A DNA stretch of 64,000 nt from contig JACVGT010000002.1 in assembly GCA_018992685.1 (NCBI GenBank), forward strand, positions 1-64,000, read 5' to 3'. The translations under genes were made by a program, and so were the position numbers. Positions 29,572 through 39,432 of this stretch are shown piece by piece. The notes beneath the pieces are model-generated. The model saw only the letters and a list, made by a program, of their open reading frames with translations, had not been told where the DNA came from and searched no databases. Positions within the stretch are counted from its first letter, which is position 1, and each line of letters opens with the position of its first letter. Origin of the DNA: Theionarchaea archaeon (GTDB lineage: Archaea > Methanobacteriota_B > Thermococci > Methanofastidiosales > SZ-28-30).

Positions 29572-30327
29572 ATGAGAGAACGAAACCCGAGAGACTGGAA
29601 GACTCCGGAATTCTGCTTGGTTGTGGTCATGTTAGCGGTGCTTGTTCTTCTGGTTGGAATAGTGCTGTGGATGCCAATCAATATCCCTGCTGCGGACAAA
29701 ACAACGACAGGGAAGGACCTTCTTGAATATCGGAGAACTATCCTGACTGTCATAATCACTGCCTTTGGTGCATGGGTAGGGGCAGGAGCTGCGTATTTTT
29801 TTGGGCGTGAGAACCTTCGTGAGGCTGCGGAAAGTCTGCTGGAAATGCGGCAGCTCACACCGAGAGAATTTCTCCGCAGAATCCAAGTTCAAGAGATCCC
29901 GCCCAGAAAATTGACGTGGCGTGTCAAAAAAAGTGACAACATCAGGGACATCTTGGAAAGGCTCAGAAAAGATCCCAGCTACTGGTTTATTCCGGTTGTC
30001 ACAGATAAAAACACTCTGGAAACTGTCATCCATGAAGAGGCTGTGTGGCGATTCATAGACAGTAAGACCGAAGAGAAGATTGAACGTGACAAGATTGTGG
30101 GTGCGACAGTCTCGGATGTGCTTGACTACCTTAAGGGAAATGAGGATCTCAATAAGGTCGTTTCAGGGGCGTACGTACTAGTCAGTATGGATCAGAGTCT
30201 TGCAGACGCCGCAGACCTCATGGATGATAGAAATGTGAGTCTTGCCATCGTGAGAGATGAGGCAGGTATCCCCGTGGGATTTATCACTACAAAGGACGTG
30301 AGGGAAGCGCTCTTCCGATCCAGATAG
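29572..30327 (+). CDS. Two-TM membrane protein with C-terminal CBS pair
   Basis: Two hydrophobic helices, then IPVV...VIHEE and LAIVRDEAGIPVGFITTKDV; GGAGG before ATG 29572. Confidence 0.75.
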   Translation: MRERNPRDWKTPEFCLVVVMLAVLVLLVGIVLWMPINIPAADKTTTGKDLLEYRRTILTVIITAFGAWVGAGAAYFFGRENLREAAESLLEMRQLTPREFLRRIQVQEIPPRKLTWRVKKSDNIRDILERLRKDPSYWFIPVVTDKNTLETVIHEEAVWRFIDSKTEEKIERDKIVGATVSDVLDYLKGNEDLNKVVSGAYVLVSMDQSLADAADLMDDRNVSLAIVRDEAGIPVGFITTKDVREALFRSR

Positions 30328-30538
30328 AGTCTTTGACGTCTCAGCTGAAGTCTTTCTGTGCCTGACGAATTGCTCGTTCGGTATACGCAAGTAGTGTTAC
30401 GCTTGAAGAGTTGGCAATAATTCTTTAAGCGGCAAAGGTCGAACGATTCAAAACTTATTTATTGGGACACGTCATTGAATGAATAGTGCACAGAGAACGT
30501 GACATCGAGGAGAAGGAGGAAAAGAGGGAGAAAGGATC

Positions 30539-31621
30539 ATGGACTTAACAACATCTGAAAAGAAACTCCTCACACTCATTGGAAAGAATCCCTCACATAC
30601 CAGGTCGGAATTGCTGCATGAGCTCAATTACAAACGGGCCACTACACTGAGCAGTAAAATGAGTGAATTGAAAGAGTCTGGATATATCAAGGGGCCATAC
30701 TACCACGTCAATCTGAATGCTGTATGTGAGACTCCCGTATTCAGCATGTTGGTTGAAATTCGATTCAGCCCCCACAACTACGATGTGGTCTTCAAGAGTA
30801 TTCTATGCATTGACTGCTGGGAGTGGATTTTTCCCGCCATACAGGGAGAGACACTCTTCGCATTTTTCAGATCCTGCGACTGTTCTCATCTCCACAGGTT
30901 GCTGAACTTTCTGAGGAATAGGGGGTTCATTGAGTACCGCTCATATTCTTCTCAGAACAGGTGGTTTGTGCAGAACCCAGACTTCTCAGGAAACATTTTT
31001 CCACAGACGTCTGATCTTTTTCGTCCTGTAGACATTGAGCTCTGCTATCCACATAAGGCTCATGACACCACGTGGCAATTTATCGATCTAAAAGTGATGC
31101 AATACCTCCAGGTGAGAACCAGCAGCATAACAGAAATACAGAAACTGGAAATGAACCTGCATAAGAGGTTCTGGAGGCGCCATCAAATCAAATACAGCAT
31201 TAGGAAGATTACTGAAGCGGGAATTGCGGAAAGAAAACATTACAACATTTCTCCCTATCCTCGAGGTGAGGAGTATGCATTTCTGTTGATGATTGAAGGT
31301 GACAGCATGGATGTTCTGCAGTTCATTTCGAATTTTGGCGAAGGATGCAGACTGTATAAGGCCTTCACGATAAGTGGTGAGACAGGGTTTCTATGGTGCT
31401 GGTGCAACCCCCAGGTCGGTCCAACGTTGATGAAGAGGCTTGATGGTCTTCGTCCGCGAATCGAAGCCCGCTGCCTCCCATTGAAATCCAGGGGATACGA
31501 TGATACCCTGAAGAAATCGTTTAACGAAGAGTATTTTGATCTTGAAAAGCAGAAGTGGACGTTTCGCTTCAAGAAATGCGAAGATGAAATAAAAAAGATA
31601 ATGGAAAGAAAGAACGAATAG
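30539..31621 (+). CDS. Winged-helix transcription regulator, tandem Lrp/AsnC-like layout
   Basis: N-terminal LTTSEKKLL...RSELLHEL...LKESGYI; second HTH-like unit starting IDLKVMQYL. Confidence 0.6.
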   Translation: MDLTTSEKKLLTLIGKNPSHTRSELLHELNYKRATTLSSKMSELKESGYIKGPYYHVNLNAVCETPVFSMLVEIRFSPHNYDVVFKSILCIDCWEWIFPAIQGETLFAFFRSCDCSHLHRLLNFLRNRGFIEYRSYSSQNRWFVQNPDFSGNIFPQTSDLFRPVDIELCYPHKAHDTTWQFIDLKVMQYLQVRTSSITEIQKLEMNLHKRFWRRHQIKYSIRKITEAGIAERKHYNISPYPRGEEYAFLLMIEGDSMDVLQFISNFGEGCRLYKAFTISGETGFLWCWCNPQVGPTLMKRLDGLRPRIEARCLPLKSRGYDDTLKKSFNEEYFDLEKQKWTFRFKKCEDEIKKIMERKNE

Positions 31622-31934
31622 ATGCTTTTCAGCAGGGAGTGTCTTTATCATCACCTTCAACTCCCCCACAGGGGGTTATTCTCCAGATGATGTCCGGAAG
31701 AACTGATTTCTGTATTGTATTGTACATTCTAGACCACCTAGTGGGTGGATTGAGCAGGTACTTAAGAATCGTTTCGCCTTTATTACATATGCGAGGGATT
31801 CTCAAAATTTAAGAATTCACTGGGTTCAGATATGGGAACCCTCTCATATCTTTGGGAACCGGTGCGAGCAGAACCCGAGGGAACCCGGCGGAAGAGAAAT
31901 CAGTCTGAGACTGGAGAGAGCCCTGCAACCATGA

Positions 31935-33296
31935 TCATCCCTCTGGAGGGGTGATGAGATCCATTTCGAAACTGACAAGTGCATTGTATGCCCTTCTGAC
32001 ATCTTCTGAGGTCCCTGTTTGCAGCGCCTCCCTGTATTTTTCTTCAAGGAATTCTCTCTTTTCTTTCGCACTGATCTCTCTGACGTTTCGTTTCACTTTT
32101 CTGATCTCTACAGAGTCACCCAGCTGTTCATAGAGATGAAGACTTCTCTCCCAGTGTTCCCTGGCTCTGGCCAAGTCTTCTTTCCGGGCATAGCACAGTC
32201 CTTCATTATGAAGCGTGCCTGCAGTCCTGAATGCACAATTTCCTGCCAGGGCCAATGCTTTCTCAAACAATGCCAGAGCATCATCAATGTCATCATTCAT
32301 GTAGAGGCAGGAACCCAGATTGTTCAACACATCTGACAGCAGTGGGATATCCTGCACATCTTGAGCAATTCCTTGGCACCTTCTGTAGTAGTGCTCTGCC
32401 ACTAGGAAGCTCGATCTCTTGTATGACACGTTTCCCAGTCCCTTCAATGCGTATGCCCTCCCTCTGTCGTCTCCTGTCTCTCCACATATCCCCTCCATGC
32501 GGAGAAATGTTGCCTCTGCCTTGGCCAGGTCACCCTTCAATTCATAGACGTTTCCTAAAGTATAAAGTGCCCAGATACTCTGAGAGTTGTCCAACCCATC
32601 AGGGAGGACAGCATCCAAGGCATGAAAAAGTGCTGTGTCATCCTCCTCTCGTTCTCGCGTTACTTTCTCAAGTATCTTCTTGAGAGCAGTATCCCATTCC
32701 TCAGACGTTCGCAGCCGGGAAGCTGCATCCGCCTTTGTCATGTAAAAGATTTCTTCCCCTTTTTTCGAAAGTCTGTACTGACTCTGATCAATGTGGCTCT
32801 TTTTCTCATATGCTATGTACCCTTTCATTCTCAGGTGTTTCAAGTTCCGGTAGATGCTTGCTCTTGATACACCCTTTATACCACCAAGATATGTGTTGAA
32901 ATAAGCTTCAATTTCTCCTGTTGTAACGAACTGCCTTTTTCCGACCACATGAATGATGTGAACCATGATCTCCCAAGGTTTCACCTCCAATTCTTCCATT
33001 ACTTTGATGATTTTCTTTCCAATCTCTGTCTTGAGCTTCTCTGGGGCTGGCTGGGATTTCCTCACGTCTCCGAAGAGGTTTAGCCCTCTTGACGTGATTG
33101 TGTAGAAAGGAGGAATATCCTGCTTTTCGACTTTCAGGAGGTACTCCTGGGCAAGAAGCTTGAGCAGAATAGACTGGGCGCTGCCACCCCCAAGTTTTCT
33201 GGCTTGATCTTCTGTGATTTTTCTCCCGTGGCGACGTGCGAAGTCCAGCACCTCAACCATGAGCTCAACCTCCTGTTTGTCACTGACAAGAGTCAT
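31935..33296 (-). CDS. Winged-helix + TPR putative transcription regulator
   Basis: VSRASIYRNLKHLRMKGYI...YRLSKKGEE; TPRs LGNVY, LGNVSY, NNLGSC, HNEGLCY. Confidence 0.8.
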   Translation of the reverse strand: MTLVSDKQEVELMVEVLDFARRHGRKITEDQARKLGGGSAQSILLKLLAQEYLLKVEKQDIPPFYTITSRGLNLFGDVRKSQPAPEKLKTEIGKKIIKVMEELEVKPWEIMVHIIHVVGKRQFVTTGEIEAYFNTYLGGIKGVSRASIYRNLKHLRMKGYIAYEKKSHIDQSQYRLSKKGEEIFYMTKADAASRLRTSEEWDTALKKILEKVTREREEDDTALFHALDAVLPDGLDNSQSIWALYTLGNVYELKGDLAKAEATFLRMEGICGETGDDRGRAYALKGLGNVSYKRSSFLVAEHYYRRCQGIAQDVQDIPLLSDVLNNLGSCLYMNDDIDDALALFEKALALAGNCAFRTAGTLHNEGLCYARKEDLARAREHWERSLHLYEQLGDSVEIRKVKRNVREISAKEKREFLEEKYREALQTGTSEDVRRAYNALVSFEMDLITPPEG

Positions 33297-33515
33297 GAAG
33301 TGTCTGGGGAATTCACTTTAATATGCGTTTTGGAGAGCTGGGCTGCGTTCCCATTACTAGTGATCTGTTCGTTCTTTGCCATAGGGACCCCCTTTCTTTC
33401 AAGTAACAGCTCTAGTGTGGGAAAACGCTGCTTGATAATGAAGCGTCATGACCTCGTCAAAAATCGCTGTATGTACCGTCTCGTACAACCTTTTTCCACG
33501 GTTGAATCAATAGCA

Positions 33516-33932
33516 TTATTGAAAATCCCTTTTATCCATGAGAAAGTCGACAATCTCCATGGAGAACTCAAGGGGAAATTCATTCTCTGACAAGAGCTTG
33601 AGCATCTTTTCTTCGAGGCCCTTGTTGCTTTCAGAATCCACCATGCGAGTCATCCCCGTGAAAAGGACATAAAAGGCTCGAACCACTTTGGGAGCCATGA
33701 CGCCCCTGTTCCCCTGGTGTGTTGATGGTTTTCCTGCATCCCTGACTGAGGGTCCCTCGAAATCCCACACTGCATTCCTGGCTGCATGGGCGACATTCTT
33801 CCGTTCCCCGATGGCTTCCATAAACGTCTCCCATATAATATGGAGGTAGGGGACTTCCTCGGGGTATTCTCGTTCTATGAATTCTTCTGCATACTGTCTG
33901 ACCTTGTCCACGATATCCTCTTTTGTGTTCAT
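33516..33932 (-). CDS. Hypothetical helical protein
   Basis: 138-aa ORF with GAGGA RBS; no family recognised. Confidence 0.6.
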   Translation of the reverse strand: MNTKEDIVDKVRQYAEEFIEREYPEEVPYLHIIWETFMEAIGERKNVAHAARNAVWDFEGPSVRDAGKPSTHQGNRGVMAPKVVRAFYVLFTGMTRMVDSESNKGLEEKMLKLLSENEFPLEFSMEIVDFLMDKRDFQ

Positions 33933-34120
33933 GAATAATCCTCATCCCTCTCTTCTAACGTTCATTGATGCCTTATAAGACTTTATGGTGCTTCTTCATC
34001 TTTCATTTTTTCGTGCCACATCAGGAATGGTGCTGCACGATTCGTGCCAAACCTATAAGAATGTGGGCATGCATGGTAATGGTAGACACTATCGGGAATT
34101 GCACAGAAACGGAGGTTACG

Positions 34121-36979
34121 ATGATCACCCATCCAAAGATCCTCTACTTGTTCTCTGGACCTCTGGTAGCCTTGGACGGCAGCCCTCTTGACGTGCTGGA
34201 TTTGAAAACGGAACGTGATATCATTGTGAGAGAGGTTTCTGCCTGTGAGATGACATGTTCACTCCGAATCGGGTATGCAACCATAGAAGAACTTGCCAAA
34301 GGCATTGAAGATGGATTCAACATTCTGCATATAAGTACACATGGCAGAGCGGAATGTCTCCTATTTGAAGATGGGAAGGGCGGAAGTCAGCCTGTCACAG
34401 GCGAGTACCTCAAGAGAGTGATAAGCACAAAAGGGTTACTTGAGTTGATCATCATCAGTGCCTGCCATTCAGAAGAGATTGGTGCAATGCTGGCAGACGC
34501 AGGTGTTCCACATGTTGTGGCTATCAGGCGCGATTCCTCTGTAGTAGATCAGTCAGCCATTCTCTTCACAACCCACTTCCTTCGCAATCTCTTTCGGGGA
34601 AGTTCTGTACAGAAAGCCTTTGAAATGGCTTCCCTGCTCGTAGAAGGGAACCCTGAATTGATGAAGATGAAACAACGTCTTGAGGTCATTGCCTACAGAA
34701 AAAAAGGGACATTCATTCCAGAAGAAAAGAAATTCATTCTACTTCCCACAGATGCTGCCCACCACGATCCTCTCCTCTCTCAAGAAGTCCCCTCAGGTAC
34801 CGTGACAATTGAAGAGCCCCCGGTTTCACCCTCGAATCTTCCCACAAAGCCGCAGTTCTTTGCAGGTCGACTTGAGGAGATGCATACCATCATCAACGAA
34901 CTCATTCAGGGTAGGTTTGTCACCCTGACAGGAGTGGGAGGCATTGGAAAAACAACGGTAGCTCTTGAGGTGGCACGATGGTTTTCTTCCAGGAGGGTTT
35001 TTCCTCATGGAATCTACTACATAGACCTCCGGCAGACTGATACTGCAGATGGAGCCCTTGATCTCTTGTGTTCAGCTCTCAAAGTACAGGTTTCTCGGCT
35101 CCAGAACGTTATCACCTACCTGGCGGACCGTCGCTGCTTGCTGCTTTTTGATAATGCAGAGGATGTTCTCTGGCACAATGAGAAAGACCTGCAGCATCTC
35201 TTCAACACAGTCCTGAAGACTACTCCCCACTCCACGATGTTGATAACAAGTCAGAGACCGGTTGGAGGCAACCTGCATGAACCCGAACATGTGTGCAGAA
35301 TATTTCCACTGGAACAGACATATGCTTGGATGCTTTTCTGTGCCACCACAAAGAGGAGGATTTTGCCCGATGAATGTGAATCGCCCCTCTTTTCTGCCCT
35401 CCTTGCCCGATTGGGGGGACACCCCTTATCAATTGTATTAACAGCACGTCAACTTGCTCCCGGGGTGACTCTGGAGGACATATACGAAAGGATTGAGACA
35501 TACAAGGCCGCAGCAATCAAAATAAAGCATCGTACAGATAGAATCCTGGACCACGGAGAAAGCCTCATGACAGCTCTGGCTTCTGCCTACCACATCTTGT
35601 CAGATCGAGCACAGATACTCTTTCAAGTGCTTTCCCTTCTTCCAGCGGGTGCCAGACGTGATATACTGGAAGAAATCTGGGGCAACCCAGTCTGGGAGCA
35701 CGTACAAGAACTCAATGATGCTTCCCTGGCAGAAGTGAGAAGCAGACGGGTGACTCTGCTGCCTCCAGTGCAACTATTTGCATTCACTGTTCTTGCTGAG
35801 GAAGTCAAAGAGTACTATGGTCCCAGAATCGTGGAAGCTATGGGGACATATGCCAAGACGCTGTACAAGGGCCACACCACAGAGGATTCGAGAGAATACC
35901 GGATTCTCTTTACTGTAGAAGAGCCAACCTTCCGAGCTATTCTAGACCTTCCCGATGAATCATTTCAAGCAGGGAAGAATGGTTCATTCCTTGGGTTCTT
36001 CGGAGCTGAACTCATTTACTTATATATTTTCCATAATCGGTGGAAAGAAGCAGAAACCATTGGTTCTAGGATACTGTCTCATCTTGGACGATGTGAGGAT
36101 TTTCAGGGTGAAGCACATGTTCTTGTAGCCCTGGGGGTCCTTGCTTTTCGAACAGGAAACCTTGAAGAAGCTAGGACAAGGTATGAAAAAGCTCTCAAAA
36201 CATACCAGAATATCCACGCGAGAATGGGAGTCGCAAATGCGTTTTGGGCACTGGGCGATCTTTTCTTTAGAACAGGAGATTTCGAAGAGGCTCAAAGGCG
36301 ATTTGAAGAAGCTCTGGATATATACCAGGAGATTGATGTGAATCTTGGTAAAGCAAATGCCTTCTTACGTTTAGGGATGCTTACTTTTCTAACAGGCAAT
36401 TCTGAAGAAGCTCAAGAACGGCTTGGAAAGGCCCTGATGATCTATCGATATATTCACGTCGAAATCGGTGAAGCAAACACTCTCCGCATACTGGGAGATG
36501 TCGCCATGTGGACAGGTGATGTGGACGCAGCCCACATCCAGTACCAGAAAGCCCTGAGAATCTATGTGCACAACAGCGTGAAGGATGGTGAAGCGCGTGC
36601 CCTGGTTCACCTAGCCCGGTGGGCCGCTCTTACAGGCAGAAGTGAGCACATGCAGACGTATCTTGATGATGCATTCACAATATATAGGGAGATAGAAGAC
36701 CTTGATGGACTGGCCCACGCGCACTTGGTAAAAGCGCTTCTCTTTCTCAAGACTCACAATACGATCAAAGCAAGGCGCCAACTCGATTTTTGTTCATCTA
36801 TCCAGGAAAAAACGTGCCAACATTCTGAAACAGCCCAATGGCTCATTACGTATGCAGACCACTTCATGTACTGTAAAGAAGAAGCAGTATTGTGTTTGGA
36901 ATATGCAGAGGAATTTGCCATGATGGCACGAAATCTCTACCTTCTTGGCAGAATAAGAGAAAAACAGGCATTGCTGTGA
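34121..36979 (+). CDS. CHAT (caspase-like) protease - STAND/NB-ARC NTPase - TPR protein
   Basis: ILHISTHG and ISACHS catalytic dyad; GVGGIGKT Walker A; LLFDNAED Walker B; GGHPLSI; several TPRs; GGAGG before ATG 34121. Confidence 0.88.
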   Translation: MITHPKILYLFSGPLVALDGSPLDVLDLKTERDIIVREVSACEMTCSLRIGYATIEELAKGIEDGFNILHISTHGRAECLLFEDGKGGSQPVTGEYLKRVISTKGLLELIIISACHSEEIGAMLADAGVPHVVAIRRDSSVVDQSAILFTTHFLRNLFRGSSVQKAFEMASLLVEGNPELMKMKQRLEVIAYRKKGTFIPEEKKFILLPTDAAHHDPLLSQEVPSGTVTIEEPPVSPSNLPTKPQFFAGRLEEMHTIINELIQGRFVTLTGVGGIGKTTVALEVARWFSSRRVFPHGIYYIDLRQTDTADGALDLLCSALKVQVSRLQNVITYLADRRCLLLFDNAEDVLWHNEKDLQHLFNTVLKTTPHSTMLITSQRPVGGNLHEPEHVCRIFPLEQTYAWMLFCATTKRRILPDECESPLFSALLARLGGHPLSIVLTARQLAPGVTLEDIYERIETYKAAAIKIKHRTDRILDHGESLMTALASAYHILSDRAQILFQVLSLLPAGARRDILEEIWGNPVWEHVQELNDASLAEVRSRRVTLLPPVQLFAFTVLAEEVKEYYGPRIVEAMGTYAKTLYKGHTTEDSREYRILFTVEEPTFRAILDLPDESFQAGKNGSFLGFFGAELIYLYIFHNRWKEAETIGSRILSHLGRCEDFQGEAHVLVALGVLAFRTGNLEEARTRYEKALKTYQNIHARMGVANAFWALGDLFFRTGDFEEAQRRFEEALDIYQEIDVNLGKANAFLRLGMLTFLTGNSEEAQERLGKALMIYRYIHVEIGEANTLRILGDVAMWTGDVDAAHIQYQKALRIYVHNSVKDGEARALVHLARWAALTGRSEHMQTYLDDAFTIYREIEDLDGLAHAHLVKALLFLKTHNTIKARRQLDFCSSIQEKTCQHSETAQWLITYADHFMYCKEEAVLCLEYAEEFAMMARNLYLLGRIREKQALL

Positions 36980-36982
36980 TAT

Positions 36983-37894
36983 TCAACTCCCTGGATCGTC
37001 CCTGTCTGAGGGAGGCTGGGGGAACGGCTCTGAAAGATTCTCTATGAACTTTCTAACATCCTCAACCAGCTCTGGTGCACTATCAATCTTGTCATTGATG
37101 CTGAAGAGTCCCACTGCTTCTTCGAAACAGTGGAGAATCAACGTAACCTGGGTGGGATCATCATCTTTCGCTTGTTTCCAGAGAATATTGGCCTCTGTCC
37201 AGAGCCTGTTTGCCCTTCTTCTCAGTCTGTTCGCACGATTCCGGAATTGTTTCTTGAATTCTACTGGAATGCTTCTTTCTTCTCTTGTATCCCTTGTACC
37301 CTCCTGCAGACACTTGGTTTCATGGGCCAGGAGGATATCATACACATGACCAACTATGCCATCTGGATGGGTTTCACCTTCAGCCTTCCAGTTGTTCTTC
37401 GTTACTGCTGTTATCTCTAATCCACACGCTTCCTTAACCAGATCGGCAGAATTCTGTATCATGGGCCTGGAAGCAGACGGGTTATAGCTTGAAAGGTTGG
37501 CCAGTCTTTCAGCAGGTGCTGTGTATCCCTGATACCCGTTGCACAGATACTCCCAGTGTGTTCCCAGCAAATTGAAGTGAGTGGGGATTATATCAGGCTG
37601 CCCCCATCCCTCACGCGCGTAGGAGTCGGTGAGGAATCTTGAAAGAACTTCTGTCATCTCAATGACAATTTCCAGTAGTTCTTTCTCTTTCCCTACTAGT
37701 GTAGAAGTAAGAACCACCATTTCGTCTCTCTTTTCGTCAATGGCACCCATATTGAAAAGCACGGCGTCACCTGTCTTTAATGCTGCAGCAGCCGCTCCTT
37801 TGAGTGCTTCGTCAAAACTCCTCTTGATCTGCTGTTCTATACTGATGATCCTATTTATTTCCAGTTCAATGCTGTTTTCTTTTTGCCTTTCCAT
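36983..37894 (-). CDS. Hypothetical, largely alpha-helical protein
   Basis: 303-aa ORF, convergent on the CHAT-STAND gene with a 3-nt gap; no family recognised. Confidence 0.6.
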   Translation of the reverse strand: MERQKENSIELEINRIISIEQQIKRSFDEALKGAAAAALKTGDAVLFNMGAIDEKRDEMVVLTSTLVGKEKELLEIVIEMTEVLSRFLTDSYAREGWGQPDIIPTHFNLLGTHWEYLCNGYQGYTAPAERLANLSSYNPSASRPMIQNSADLVKEACGLEITAVTKNNWKAEGETHPDGIVGHVYDILLAHETKCLQEGTRDTREERSIPVEFKKQFRNRANRLRRRANRLWTEANILWKQAKDDDPTQVTLILHCFEEAVGLFSINDKIDSAPELVEDVRKFIENLSEPFPQPPSDRDDPGS

Positions 37895-38079
37895 GAGTTC
37901 GCCTCATATCGAATTGTTCTGATACATTCTCATAATAACAAGTGAGTATTCCTTTAAGAATCTTGGGTTGGAGGAGGTATTCTCATCCTCCCAAGGATTT
38001 CAGAGAACCAACCTGTACAAAAGTCTCAAGGAAAAGCATGAGACATTGGTGAAAAAAGGAGAAAAAAGGACTCCCTGGT

Positions 38080-39126
38080 CTAATCAGTCACCAAGATGTG
38101 TTCCAGTTCCTGCCAGCACCGCGGATCTTCTCCAAGGAAGTCGCCCGTTGCAGAAGCAGCTCCTCTACAGCCTCCGCAGGCGAATTTGTACTTACAGCCA
38201 CCACATTTCCCTTCAAGTGCTGATCTGGAATGGCGAAAATTATCTAGAAGTTCATTCTCAAACCAGATTCTTTCCACGTTCTCTCTTGTGGCATCAGCCA
38301 CAGAGATGGGGAAATAAGGACAGAGCTGCACAATCCCCTGAGGGTTGATGTAGAGCAGCGTAAAAGCAATCGAGCAACCAGTAACTGCTATCCCCTGCAT
38401 GAGATCTGAATCAATGTCTATCTCTTTCTGTCTGGTCTCGTTCACGAACATCTCAGGGAAGGGGTCACTGAACCCAACCCTCATATTCAATTCTTCACCC
38501 GTTTCCCATATTCTCTCGCACAGCCTCCGGTACTGATCCGCATCCACCATCCTATTTGTAGCTCGTCCCACTGGAACGAGATACCGGAAATTGAATATCC
38601 TGACGCCAATGCTATCTACAAATCGCATGAGAGCTTCAGGTTCATCTTCTCCCTGATGAAAATATGTCATCCGGACAGCCACTGTGGCATCACTTTCCAC
38701 GAGAAGGTTTAATGCCTGGACAGTCTTTTCAAAAGATCCTCTGCCCCGTACAGAATCGTGTATTCCTGGAGTTGCCCCTTCCATGCTGACATTGAACCCC
38801 CGGACTGTTTCTAAGAGCCAGTCAATTCTCTCAGGAGTTATCAAGGTTGCATTGGTGAGAAGCTCAACGTGATTTCCAGGCAGGTTGTCTCTAATGTAGG
38901 AGAGAATCTCCTGGAGGTCAGCTCTCATGAGAGGTTCCCCTCCTGCCATCGCAAGGGCTGCATGTGGTGAAAGAGAGTGTATCTGATTCAGCAGTGATAC
39001 AATTTGCTGATATGTCAAGTCTGCCGCAGTCTTGTCCAGGACACTTGCCCGACAGTGTTTGCATGCCAGGTTACACTGGCTTGTAATGTCCATCTGGACA
39101 ATTCTTGGTGGGTATTGCCATTTCAT
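38080..39126 (-). CDS. Radical SAM enzyme with SPASM domain (PqqE/NirJ/Ahb-like)
   Basis: CNLACKHC, GGEPL, TNAT, HDSVRG; SPASM ligands GC...CP...CGGCKYKFACGGCR...DPRCW; GAGGTGA RBS. Confidence 0.93.
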   Translation of the reverse strand: MKWQYPPRIVQMDITSQCNLACKHCRASVLDKTAADLTYQQIVSLLNQIHSLSPHAALAMAGGEPLMRADLQEILSYIRDNLPGNHVELLTNATLITPERIDWLLETVRGFNVSMEGATPGIHDSVRGRGSFEKTVQALNLLVESDATVAVRMTYFHQGEDEPEALMRFVDSIGVRIFNFRYLVPVGRATNRMVDADQYRRLCERIWETGEELNMRVGFSDPFPEMFVNETRQKEIDIDSDLMQGIAVTGCSIAFTLLYINPQGIVQLCPYFPISVADATRENVERIWFENELLDNFRHSRSALEGKCGGCKYKFACGGCRGAASATGDFLGEDPRCWQELEHILVTD

Positions 39127-39150
39127 TTCATCACCTCTGGTTGTGTGGAT

Positions 39151-39176
39151 AAAAAAACGGGGGCATGAAGCCCCCC
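39151..39176 (-). terminator. GC hairpin + T7 tract between the peptide gene and the radical SAM gene
   Basis: Minus strand GGGGGC-TTCAT-GCCCCC-G-TTTTTTT. Confidence 0.75.
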
Positions 39177-39183
39177 ACTCTAG

Positions 39184-39432
39184 TTACTTCGGCAAAATGC
39201 AGATATCGCATCCGCCACATGGCCCCTGCAAGTCGGGATAGAATGGCCGTAGAGGATGAATCGTCTTCAGTTTCTGCAACCTGTCTTCAATATCCATCTT
39301 CTTTGGCTCTCCTATGACAAGGTCGCATCCTCCACATGGACCTTGAGCTGCGTACACCGGGATCTTGTTTTGTTTCGCATGTTCCAAGGCATCTATCAAC
39401 TCTGATACAGAGTAGTGTTTGTTTGTATCCAC
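39184..39432 (-). CDS. Putative RiPP precursor, 82 aa, with two QGPCGGCD cores
   Basis: GGAAGTGA RBS before GTG 39432; PVYAAQGPCGGCD and PFYPDLQGPCGGCD; directly upstream of the rSAM-SPASM gene. Confidence 0.75.
   Translation of the reverse strand: MDTNKHYSVSELIDALEHAKQNKIPVYAAQGPCGGCDLVIGEPKKMDIEDRLQKLKTIHPLRPFYPDLQGPCGGCDICILPK

Noticed and set aside
38150-38210. CGGC motifs inside the radical SAM protein echoing the peptide core
   Set aside because: These are ordinary SPASM auxiliary-cluster ligands; the match is probably coincidental.
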